64,000 nt of DNA from assembly GCF_018977255.1 (NCBI RefSeq), contig NW_024704742.1, forward strand, positions 71,736,001-71,800,000, in the 5' to 3' direction. The notes under the pieces were generated by a model. It saw only the letters and a program-made list of their open reading frames with translations, was not told where the DNA came from and searched no databases. Made by a program: the position numbers and the translations under genes. Origin of the DNA: Callorhinchus milii (lineage: Eukaryota). This document shows, piece by piece, positions 39,065-51,082 of the stretch (position 1 is the stretch's first letter; every line of letters begins with the position of its first letter).

Positions 39065-40950
39065 TGTCTGTGTGTGTCTGTGTGGGTGAGTCTCTGTCTC
39101 TGTGTGTCTCTGTCTCTGTGTGTGTCTCTCTCTGTGTGTGTGTCTCTCTGTGTGTGTCTCTCTCTGTGTGTGTCTCTCTCTGTGTGTGTGTCTCTCTCTG
39201 TGTGTGTGTCTCTCTCTGTGAGTGTGTCTCTCTCTGTGTGTGTGTCTCTCTCTGTGTGTGTCTCTCTCTGTGTGTGTCTCTCTCTGTGTGTGTCTCTCTC
39301 TGTGTGTGTGTCTCTCTCTCTGTGTGTGTCTCTCTCTGTGTGTGTGTCTCTCTCTGTGTGTGTGTCTCTCTGTGTGTGTGTTCTCTCTGTGTGTGTGTCT
39401 CTCTCTCTGTGTGTGTGTGTCTCTCTCTCTGTGTGTGTGTCTCTCTCTCTGTGTGTGTGTCTCTCTCTGTGTGTGTGTGTCTCTCTCTGTGTGTGTGTGT
39501 GTCTCTCTCTCTGTGTGTGTGTCTCTCTCTCTGTGTGTGTCTCTCTCTGTGTGTGTGTGTCTCTCTCTGTGTGTGTCTCTCTCTCTCTCTGTGTGTGTGT
39601 CTCTGTGTGTATCTCTCTCTGTGTGTGTGTCTCTCTCTGTGTGTGTCTCTCTCTCTGTGTGTGTCTCTCTCTCTGTGTGTGTCTCTCTCTCTGTGTGTGT
39701 CTCTCTCTCTGTGTGTGTCTCTCTCTCTGTGTGTGTCTCTCTCTCTCTGTGTCTCTCTGTGTGTGTCTCTCTCTGTGTGTCTCTCTCTGTGTGTCTCTCT
39801 CTGTGTGTCTCTCTCTGTGTGTCTCTCTGTGTGTGTGTGTCTCTCTCTGTGTGTGTCTCTCTCTGTGTGTGTCTCTCTCTCGTGTGTGTGTGTCTCTCTG
39901 TGTTTGTGTGTCTCTGTGTGTGTGTGTCTCTCTGTGTGTGTGTGTTGTCTGTGGTGTTGTCTCTCTGGTGTGTGTGTGTCTCTGTGTGGTGTCTCTCTGT
40001 GTGTGTGTGTGTCTCTCTGTGTGTGTGTCTCTCTGTGTGTGTGTCTCTCTGTGTGTGTGTCTCTCTGTGTGTGTGTGTCTCTCTGTGTGTGTGTGTCTCT
40101 CTGTGTGTGTCTGTGAGTGTGTCTCTCTCTGTCTGTGTGTGTGTGTGTCTGTGTGTGTGTGTGTCTCTGTGTGTGTGTCTCTCTCTGTGTCTGTGTGTGT
40201 CTCTGTGTGTGTGTCTCTCTGTGTGTGTGTGTCTCTCTCTGTGTGTGTGTCTCTCTGTGTGTGTGTGTGTCTCTCTCTCTGTGTGTGTGTCTCTCTCTGT
40301 GTGTGTGTCTCTCTCTGTGTGTGTGTCTCTCTCTGTGTGTCTCTCTCTGTGTGTGTCTCTCTCTGTGTGTGTCTCTCTCTGTGTGTGTCTCTCTCTGTGC
40401 GTGTCTCTCTCTGTGTGTGTGTCTCTCTCTCTGTGTGTGTGTCTCTCTCTCTGTGTGTGTCTCTCTCTGTGTGTGTCTCTCTCTGTGTGTGTCTCTCTCT
40501 GTGTGTGTCTCTCTCTGTGTGTGTGTCTCTCTCTGTGTGTGTGTCTCTCTCTGTGTGTCTCTCTCTGTGTGTCTCTCTCTGTGTGTGTCTCTCTATGCGT
40601 GTCTCTCTCTCTGTCTGTGAGTGTGTCTCTCTCTCTGTGTGTCTCTCTCTGTGTGTCTCTCTCTGTGTGTGTGTCTCTCTGTGTGTGTGTGTCTCTCTCT
40701 CTGTGTGTGTCTCTCTCTGTGTGTGTCTCTCTCTGTGTGTGTGTCTCTCTCTCTGTGTGTGTCTCTCTCTGTGTGTGTCTCTCTCTGTGTGTGTCTCTCT
40801 CTGTGTGTGTCTCTCTCTGTGTGTGTCTCTCTCTGTGTGTGTCTCTCTCGTGTGTGCGTGTCTCTCTCTCGTGCGTGTCTCTCTCTGTGTGTCTGTGAGT
40901 GTGTCTCTCTCGCTGTCTGGGTCTCTGAATGTGTGTCTCTCTGGGTCTGT
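39065..40950. repeat. Compound (TC)n(TG)n microsatellite/minisatellite array, about 1.9 kb
   Basis: Alternating short TC and TG runs; source of the long CVSL and RETH ORFs. Confidence 0.98.
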
Positions 40951-41193
40951 GTGCAGTGCCGGCCATGAGGGGCAGGAGGTGGTGAGCTCCTGTAGCCTCG
41001 CTGGTGTCCCCCTCCCCCACCAAAAAAAATGGTCAGTTTTTGTGTCAAAGAAGCAATTAATAATTTTTTTTGCACCAATCTCAATAACAATAACAATCTC
41101 AATGCAGCAATAACAAAATAACAATGTGTTATTTCCTTATGTTTAGTTTTTATCAATAACGTGAAAAAATGTAGCAGTAAAATGTACCTCAAT

Positions 41194-42165
41194 AGCAACA
41201 ACAAGAAGATTCCATTTATAGAGCGCCTTTCACGTCGGGAGGACGTCCCAAGGCGCTGTACAGTTGGGTCAGGACCCGAGCAGTGGGGAAATGGTCAGGG
41301 TGAGGGGAGGGAAGGGAGGGAGCGAGGAGGGGTAGAGAGTCGAGAGGGGAGCTGAAGGCACAGTCAAAGAGAAAAGGTTTTGAGACCGGCCTTGAAGGAG
41401 GAAAGGGAGGAGGCGGCGAAGGCACTGGGGGATGGAGTTCCAGAGCCTCGGGGCTGAGAGGCTGAAGGCCCGACCACCGATGGTAGGGCGGTTGGGGCGG
41501 GGGACGTGGAGCAGACCGGAGCCGGAGGAACGGAGGGTACGGGCAGGTAAGTAGGGGGATAGTAGGTTGGAGAGGTAGGAGGGAGCGAGGCCGTGAATGG
41601 CCTTGTAGGTGAGGATGAGGATCTTGAAATCGATCCTCTGGGGATGGGGAGCCAGTGGAGGCGAGCGAGGGTGGGAGTGATGTGGTCGCGGTGTCTGGTG
41701 CGGGACAGTACACGAGCTGCAGAGTTCTGAATGACCTGCAGTGTGGAGGAGGTGCCGGGAAGGCCGGCGAGGAGAGACTCCCATAGTCCAGCCTTGAGGT
41801 GATAAAGGCGTGGACCAGAGTTTCAGCCGCGTGAGGGGTGAGGTAGTGCCGTAGTCTGGCGATGTTCCGGAGGTGATGGAAGGCGGTGCCAGTTGTGGTG
41901 CGGATATGAGGGAGAAAGGACAGCTCAGGGTCGAACAGAACCCCGAGGTTCCTGATGGCTTTGAGAGGTGGAGAGTGCAGCCTTGGATGCTGATGGTGTC
42001 AGCGCCTGAGGTGCGGAGGCGCTGACGTGAGCCAATCAGGAGGGCCTCAGTTTTACGCACATTAAGCTGAACAAAGTTGTCTCGTCCAGGACTCAATGTC
42101 GGACAGGCAGTCTGTCAGGACATCGATGGTCATGGAGTTGAGGGTAGAGGAGGAAAGGTAGAGTT
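41194..42165 (-). mobile_element. L2-clade LINE 3' fragment, same young subfamily as 30740-32826
   Basis: Near-identical reverse complement of about 31855-32826. Confidence 0.9.
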
Positions 42166-42649
42166 GTCTCTACGATTGCAATTTTCACCCCGCAATATTT
42201 TGCAAATCCCTCCACAATTTCCCGCAAGATTTGTAAAGTGCTCTGAAAGTTTTTGCAAAAATGTCCGCACTTTTCTATTGGCCCAGATTATAACACAATC
42301 TGGTATTGCAATCTAAAGTGAATCATACCCCCAGCTCACACAAGCGCTGACCACTTGCTTCCTGGCTGGGAACTGACTCAATCTTTCCATCCAGTGTTCA
42401 CTGCCCACATCAGACCCCCTCCCTCGGCCCCTGACACAGACAGCAAAAAGGAGAAGGAAAGCCCGAGAGGGGATCGAGTGTCTCAGTGGGTGGAGTCACT
42501 GGTTGTATCACCGGCGCAGATTGGCAACCGTGTTTGCCTCCCTATCGTTCTACACGGTGAATCAGAAGTCCTCACTCAAGAGTTTTTAATTATTAATCAT
42601 GTTCTTTTTTTAAGATCTAGAGAGTGCGTAGCTATTACAGGAGATATCT

Positions 42650-43041
42650 TTAATAATAACAGTAATCCTTGCTTTTGAAATAGTGCCTTATCACGTCGTT
42701 GAAACGTCTCAAAGCGCTTTGCAGAATATACTGTAAAATGGATTGATAGTGTATTTTGTGGGCGAAACGTGGCAGCCAATCGCGCACAGCAGTTTCCCAC
42801 CAACAGTCATGGACTGAGAGAGCAAATTAGTATTATTTTATTTATTTATGTTTCAAGTGTTTATTAACCCCGGAAAGCGATCTGCCAATTGACTGACAAG
42901 CGGGTTCCTACTTAGTGCAATGTAAACAGAGGCGTGTGGAGTAAGGAAACTTGCCTAATGTTTCGCCCCGCCCTGGATTGGGACCCAGGGCCTCTCGCTT
43001 GCGATGTGAATGCTCTAACCACTAAGCTACAGAACTCCACA
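42650..43041 (-). mobile_element. tRNA-derived SINE, long variant
   Basis: A/B boxes, internal segment, tail. Confidence 0.85.
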
Positions 43042-46000
43042 GGACTGCACTTCACAGACCCACCGACAAATGCGCTCACACCCACATGCAAACCTAGAAA
43101 GACAAAGACAGACGCACCCACATTGGCAGCCAATACTTCACAGAACACGAAACAATTCCGGTTAAATAAAACTAGGAAATGATGCTCAGGTCCATGCAAA
43201 AAAACAAGTCACAGAGCATAGGGAGTTTCTCTCTGCCTGTATCCTGGCTGACAATCCCCCAGATAAGATTACTCATTCACTTTATGACTGTTTGTGTGGT
43301 GTGTGTGGTGTATTGTGTGTGGTGTATTGTGTCTGTGTGTGTATATGCGTGTGGTATCGTGGGTGTATGTGTGTGGTGTCGTGTGGTGCTGTGCGCGTGT
43401 GTGATGTATTGTGTGTGTGTGTGTGTGGTGTATATGAGTGCAGGAGTGTACTGCACGTAGCTATTGACACAGTTGCCTATATAAACAGTCACAGCAACAA
43501 CAAATTTTTACAGCACCTTTCACATTTCGAGAACGTCCCAAGCTTCTGGAGAGTCTTAGGGTTTGTACCTGAGCTGGGGGGGGGGGGGGATGATGGAAGG
43601 TACGGTCAAAGAACATAGGCGTTGGCCATTCAGCCTCTTGAGCCTGTTCTGCCATTCTATTAGATCATGGCTGATCTATACATCTACTCCAAATACACCC
43701 TCTACACCATATCCCTTGATACCCTGACCTAACAAATACCTATTCACCTCAGTGGTGAAAATATGAATGGATCCAATACCCACAGGCTTTTGGGGGAGAG
43801 AGAGTTCCAGATTTCCACTTGCCTTTGTGTGGAAAAACTGCCTCCTGATTTCAATAAGGAAGGTCTTGAGGCGGACATTGAAGGAGGCGAGGGAAGGGGT
43901 GAGGCAGAGGGGCTCTGGGATAGAGTTCCAGAGAGTAGGGACAGAAAGGCTGAAGGTCCGACTGCCGATGGTGGGAGTGGGTGACGTGAAGCAGGCTGGC
44001 GGCGTGGAGCGAAGTGAGCACCAGGTTGATGGGGTTTGAGGTGGTCACAGAGGTGAGGTGGGGCAAGATCATGGAGGATTTAATGATGAGGATCATGAAG
44101 TGGATGTGCTGTTGGTTGGGGAGCCTGTGAAGCCGGGGGAGGATGGTAGTGATAGGCTCGCGGAGCCTGGTACACTATGCATGATAATAATTACTATCAA
44201 CTGACGTGAGAGATTTCGACGACAACAACAACTTGCTCTTATATAGCGCCCTCCACGCTGAGCACTTTGACGCAATAAAATTGCAAGAGGATTTGAAAAT
44301 GTGATAAGACGCCACCCGAAACCAGTGAAAATAACTCGAGGCATCTCACCCCCCGGCCCCTGACTGAACTCCACACTGGCAGAGACTCTGAGGAGGAATA
44401 GATTTGAAAAGTTATTCCCCCCCCAACCCAGTGGTCGAGATATTTATAACCTGTGCGCACATACAAGCACATGCCGACGCACAATCTGGACATGAATGAC
44501 TGATTTTATCTGGGAGGCAGGCAGTTTGTTGGCCAGAATAAACTCCCTTCTCTTTTCCAACAGCGCCCGCAGGATCTTTAACATCCACCTAAACAGTGTA
44601 AGGATTGGACCTCGGCTTAACGTCTTGCTTTAGATAATGCAGCGCTCCCCTCAGCACTGTGCTGGAGGGTCAGCCTGGATTGTGAACTCTATGTGGGAAA
44701 TCAAACCCACAACCTCCTGAACCCAGAAGCAAAAACACAGGAAGCTGAGCCAAGTGTCTAAGAGTTAACAAGAGTATTTATGCCTCCATCTCAGAAGGAA
44801 AAAATAGGGTCAATATCGGCCTTCCTGAGTGGAACTGCGCAAAAGCACAGATGATTTGCACAGGATATATAGCAGGATGTGTCAAAAATAGGATCCGTTC
44901 CGTTTACAAATGGCAAAAAAAAGTGTCTGTTTATGAGCTCCGTATGGGAAGTCAAGCACTGATTATTTCTTCGAATTGATGACAACTTTTCCACAACGCG
45001 ACCTGGCTGACAACTGCCCACCCCTCCCCATCCCCGATGAATCCGGCCTGCATGTTAAACATCTCACCACCATATCGGAAAAGAGACCAGCCCTGTCCTG
45101 ACCCACAATAATGATAAATATTTGATGTTGCACCTTTTACATTGTTGAAATGTCTCAAAGCGTCTCACACGATTTTTACTGTAGTGTAGTCACTGTATAT
45201 TTTGTAGGCGAAAGCAGCTGCCAATTTGCACACAGCAACGTCAAGCAAACAGCCTCAAGATAAATCATTCATTCACGTTAAAGCTCCCATGACATGATCG
45301 GAAAGGAGATGGGAGTTTTGCTCTCCTGGTGCCGGGCTGACAATCCTTCGGATAAATCGCTAACTCACCTCACGGCTGTTTGTGGGACTTTGCTGTGTGC
45401 AAAATGGTTACTTGTGATTGGCAGCAAAAATAGTCCCTCGATGAGACAGTAATTTCTCCGAAGTACTCAAAGATGTTTTTTGTTGTGTGGAGCTTTAAAA
45501 AAGTATTTCTTTCGTTCTCTCTCTTAGTCTTTCTCTCTCTCTCTCTCTCTCTCACCCATGCTGCACGGGTTATCAAGGAACGTTCCAGAACAGAAACACC
45601 CATTTTGAACGTCCAGTCTGTGCTTGTGTTTGTCTCCACATAAACCACCTGATATAACCCCAAGTTCCCACTCTTCTCCCCCACACACACATACTGTCTA
45701 ATTTCCCTTTTATTCACAACTGACGGACGACTCCTCCTCTGTGGGTTGTGACAGAGAATCCCTGTGATGTCTAAACTCTCCTTTAAACCCCGTTTTGGTA
45801 AGAAAAAATCTTAAAATCAGAACCCAGAGGGTTAGAGCTGAGGTCAGGAAGTGTTTCCTCAGAGACTTGTGGAGATATGGAACCCTCGACCCCAGAGAGT
45901 AGGAATCAACAGAGATGTCTGACAGAGACACAGAAATCCAACCCCAAAAAACACCACTCACGGTCACCCCACCCCCTCTCCCACGCTCGGCGATCCACCC

Positions 46001-46824
46001 CTGTGAAGCACTGTGATGAATTATCCCAAGTGATGAAAATAATAATGGAAGAATAATCCTCCCATTTGGTTTATCAGGTCTCAAAGTGCTTCAAAATACA
46101 GTGCAAAGTGGATTGACTGCATTTTGTGGGTTAAATGCGGCAGCCAATTGCGCACAGCAGTATCCCACACACAGTCGTGGATTGAGTGACCAAATTGAAG
46201 AGTGCTTATATGAACGCAAATGCTTGTTGTAGGGTGGCTGGCTACAGTGCTGGAGCAAGCCAGCAACCCCTTGCCCTCCAATCATCCCCCCACCCGGCCC
46301 TGGGTCTCTAGCACCCCCCAACCCCCTGGCCCACACCTCTCGCCCGTTTACCTGCCCAGCCCCCAAGCTTGCTGCTCGCAATGACAAACTGTCTGTGATT
46401 TATGAACAAAAGATGAGAATATTCCAGTCTATTCCTCGCTGACTGGGCTGAGCAATTTTGATTTAAAAAAATCAACCCAGCAGTCTTTGTAACAGCATTA
46501 CTCATTATAGTAATAATAACACCAGCATTTGGTATAGAGTCCATAACATCAAAACCACTCTAAGCACCTCAAGTGCTGTGACTGTGTATTTACAGGCGAA
46601 TGGAGCAGATAATTTGCGCACAGCGACATTCCATAAATAGCCATGAGATGACGAGCAATTTTATTTGGGGGATTGTCGGCCAGGACACCGGGAGAGAGTA
46701 ACTCTTCTCTTTTCCAACAGCGCCGCAGAGGATCTTTAACATCCCCTGAACGGACATAGGAACGACCTCAGTTTAACGTCTCAGCGAAGGACAGCGTCTC
46801 TGACAATGCAGTACTCCTCAGGGT

Positions 46825-47560
46825 AACAACAACAACTTGCACTTATATAGCACCCTCCACGCAGGGTGGCATCTCAGAGCGCTTAGCAGTGGCGGAGCCT
46901 GACTCCGAGCCAGGGGGATGAAGGAAGTGGCCGTAAGCACGATCAAACAGGAAAGTCTTCAGGCGGGACTTAAGAGGAGAGGGGGCAAGGCGGTGGGATT
47001 GAGGGAGAGTGTTCCAGAGTTTGGGGACGTAGTGGATGAAAGCACGATCTCCGATAGTGGGGCGCAGGGTGCAAGGGATGAGCAGGAGGCCGGTGCCAGT
47101 CGAGCAGAGGCGCCGGGTGGAGGAGGTCGGAGAGGTAGGGAGGTGTCAGGGAGTGATAGGATTTGAACATGAGTGTGAAGATCTTGAGCTCGATCCATTC
47201 GGTGATGGGGAGCCAGTGGAGCCTGGCCAGAACTGGTGAGATGTGGGTACGGAGTTGGTCGGGTCAGTACGCAGGCGGCAGAGTTTGAATGAGCTGGATC
47301 TTTTGAATAGTGGAGCTGGGGAGACCGACGAGGTGTGCGTTGGAGTAATCCAGGCGGGAGATGACAAATGCATGCACGAGGGTTTCGGCTCCATTTGGAA
47401 TGAGGAACAGAAGAGGCGGGCAATGTGGCGGAGGTGGAAGAAAGCGGTCCTGGTCAGGGACCGGATGTGGGGGGATGAAGGACAGTTGGGGGTCGAACCG
47501 GATGCCTAGATTGCACATTGGTTCTGTGAGTCTGAGGGAGAGCCCAGGAGGTTGAGGAGT
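46825..47560 (-). mobile_element. Diverged L2-clade fragment
   Basis: AETLVHAFVISRLDYSNAHLVGLP motif and L2-type tail. Confidence 0.75.
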
Positions 47561-48521
47561 TTGGCTCCCCTGGAGTGAAGATGGGTGGTAGATTGGGGAG
47601 TGAGGAGGTAAGGGTAAGGGTAATAATCCCTTCAAAAAATTAAATAAATAAAAAATGTAGTCACTCAATCTATGACTGTTTGTGGGACACTGCTGTGCAC
47701 AATTGGCCGCTGCGTTTCGCCCACAAAATACAGTCAATTAACTGTACAGTATATTCTGTGAAGCGCTTTGAGACGTCTCAATGACATGATAAGGTGCTAT
47801 ATCAAATGCAAGGATTATTGTTATTATAAAATCAGATTTTAAAAACTACTCACCAGCGAGGGGCTTCGAGGGAAACCAGTCTGCCACACTCCATCCGAGG
47901 GCTCAGCGGGCTATAGCCTCCCCACACTAAAAAGGCCGTTTATAAGCCGTGTTACAAGGTCAGTGCCTTCCTTCAGGGATCAGCCAGAAAGGCAGAGGGC
48001 TCGATTTCCTCAGCTACTGCAGCTTAGAGACGCAGTAAAAGGCAGCTCCTGTCCGCAGGCACTCAGGAAACACACTGCACTGGACCAGGAGAGTGGTATT
48101 GTGACAGGCGTTGACTGTGCCCTGACTGACACATTTAGCGGCACACACGCAGAAGGTCGTGTAATATCTTTGTATCACAGAGAAAGAGCACCTGAGAGGT
48201 AGAGCGCGTGAGAGAGAGAGAAAAAGTGAGTGTCAGAGAGTGCGTGAGAGAGAGTGCAAGAGAGTGAGTGCATATCAGAGTCAGAGAACGAGAGAGAGAA
48301 AGGGGTGGGGATTTCAGGCTGTGACAGTGCCTGGAGACATCGCTCACTCACGAGGCTCTCTCACTGTGGCTGTGAGCTCCAGTACTCACACACGGGCACA
48401 TGGTTGTTAGTAAGGATATTAAAGGACACTGACTCACATACACTGGGATTTGGGCAGCCCCATGCGCACTTACTCTTTTTTAAACACACCTACTTTTATT
48501 GTTATATAAACAATATAACTC

Positions 48522-48864
48522 TGGAGTCCTGTAGCTCAGTAGTTGGAGCACTTGCCTCGCAAGCGAGAGGACCTGGGTTTGATTTCTGGGCAGGGCGAAA
48601 TTTTGGCCACGTTTCTTTGCTCCACACACCTGTTTACCTAGCAGTAAATTGGAACCCGTTGTTAGTCGATGGGCAGATCGCTTTTCTGGGGGTAATAATC
48701 CTACCAAAAAAATCCATGACTGTTTATGGGACACTGCTGTGCGCAATTAGCTGCTGCGTCTTGCCCAAAATACAGTCAATTCACTTCATAATATATCCCG
48801 TGAAGCTCTTTAAGATGTCTTAACGATAATAGGCACTATATCAAATACAAGGATTATTATTATT
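48522..48864 (+). mobile_element. tRNA-derived SINE, long variant
   Basis: A/B boxes, internal segment, tail. Many further partial copies across the window are not listed. Confidence 0.85.
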
Positions 48865-49613
48865 CTAGCGAATGTTTGCTGGATGCCATCCAGGCCTGGT
48901 GTAACCTTCCTCAGAGTGGCTATCCACAGCTGAACACAGAATTCCACACAAGATCCGGTTCCACATTCAATGCAGCAAAACCCAGCACCACAGGGAGCAA
49001 TCTCACAGCCACACTGCTGCCAACAGAGGTTCAGAGAACTACAGAGATGAAGAGGAGAGCTGCGAGTGGGAAAAACTAAGTGAGCAGAGTGCAGGCCCCT
49101 GGAGCGTCAGAGTGCACTCAGCAAACCCTTGTTTGCTGGCCCAAAGCCAGGGCTCCATTATCTCTACCTCCACCCAGCGTTCCTGAACTGATCGAACCTC
49201 TCTCTCTCTCCAGCTCCATTGAGTCCTTGCTGTAACTACTCATAGGGTCTCAACCCTTCACCTCAGTTTGAGAGCAACACAGCACAATGCCATTGAGTAG
49301 AATCATGGAATCACAGAAGGAGGCCATTCAGACCATCATACCTGTGCCGGCTCTTTGAAAGAGCTACCAACTAATCCCACTCTCCGTTCTTACCTCATCT
49401 AGCCCTACAAATTTTTCCTTTGGAAGTACCTATTTAATTCCCTTCTAAAAGCTATTGTTGAATCTACTTCCATCACCCTTTCAAGCAGTGCATTCCAGAC
49501 AGTAACAACTCGCTTAAATCTGTGTCCTTTGGTCAACAACCCACCCGCCAGAGTAAACAGTTCCTCCATATCTACTCTATCAAAACCCTCATAATTTTGA
49601 ATACCTCTATTAA

Positions 49614-50740
49614 GACTTGTAAGCAAAATAGAAGCCCACGGTATTAAAGGGACAGTGGAGCATGGATACAGAACTGGCTGGGAGACAGAAAGCAGAGAGT
49701 GGTGGTGAACGGTTGTTTTTCACTGGAGGGAAGTGTGCAGTGGTGTCCCCCCCATGGGGTCAGTATTGGGAATACTGCTGTTTTTGATCTATATAAATGA
49801 CCTGGACTTGGCTATAGGGAGTACAATTTCCAAGTTTGCAGATGATACTAAGCTAGGAGAAGTAGTAAACAGTGAGGAGGATAGTAGCAGACTGCAGGAG
49901 GACATAGTCAGACTGGTAAATGGGGAACGTAGCAGATGATGTTTAATGTGGAGAAATGCAAAGTGATGCATTTTGAGAGGAAGAATGAGGAGAGGCAATA
50001 TAAGCTGATGGTACAATCTTAAAGGGGGTGAAGGAACAGAGAGACCTGGGGGTTCATATAAGTAAATCTTTGAAGGTGGCAGGACAGGGAGATAAAGCTG
50101 TTAAAAAAGCATACGGGACACTAGGCTTTATAAATAGGGCATAGAATACAAAAGTCAGGAAGTTATGATGAACCTTTATATAAAACACTGGTTAGGCCTC
50201 AGCTCGAGACTGTGTTCAGTTCTGGGCACTACACTTTAGGAAGGATGTCAAGGCATTGGAGAGGGTGCAAAGGAGATTTACCAGGATGGTACCAGGAATG
50301 AGGGACTTCAGTTATCAGGAGAGGCGAGAGAAGCTGGGATTATTCTCCTTGGAGCAGAGAAGGTTAAGAGGAGACTTAATAGAAGTTTTCAAAATTATGA
50401 GGGGATTCGATAGGGTGAGCAAGGGGAAACTATTTCCACTGGCGGGTGGTTTGGTAACTCGAGGACACCGATTTAAAAAAGTAGTTAAAAGAAACAGAGG
50501 TGAGGAGAAATTTTTTCACGCAGTGAGTTGTTTGGATCTGGAATGCATTGCTTGAAAGGTTGGTGGAAGCCAATTTGATAACTTTTAAGAAGGGAAGTAG
50601 ATCATTATTTGGGGAGGATAAGTTTGAGGGGCTATGGGGAGAGAGCGGGGGAGTGGAATTGATTTGGATAGCTCTTTTAAAAGAACCGGCACAGACACGA
50701 TGGCCAGAATGGCCTCCTTCTGTGCTGTATAATTCTATGA
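49614..50740 (+). mobile_element. CR1 LINE RT to 3' end
   Basis: GSVLG..LFLIYINDLD..ISKFADDTKLG and ERVQRRFTRMVPG..RRLRGDLIEVFKI, ending ...ctgtataattctatga. An inverted CR1 3' piece lies at about 49298-49613. Confidence 0.9.
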
Positions 50741-50759
50741 AATCTCCCCTCAATCTTAC

Positions 50760-51082
50760 AATAATAATAATAATCCTTGCATTTGATGTAGTGCTTTTCA
50801 CGTCTTCTAGACTTCCCAAAGCGTTTCATAGAATATACAGTAAAGTGAATTGACTGTATATTTGTGGGCGAACGCGGCAGCCAATTGCGCACAGCAATGT
50901 CCCACAAACAGTCGTAGATTGAAAATGAACAATTTATTATTGTTTTTGGTTTTGGAGGGATTATTATTAGGCTCTGTGTGGAGTAAGGAAACTTGCCCAA
51001 GGTTTTGCCCTCTGTCTGGAATTGAACTCAGGTCTCTCGCTTACAAAGCGAGTGCTCTAACCACTGAGCTACAGGACTCCAC
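50760..51082 (-). mobile_element. tRNA-derived SINE, same subfamily body
   Basis: Same head and body; different tail loop sequence. Confidence 0.9.

Noticed and set aside
38972..41204. Long ORFs of 558-708 aa (RETH-rich / CVSL-rich)
   Set aside because: Translations of the (TC)/(TG) satellite; no splice or domain evidence.
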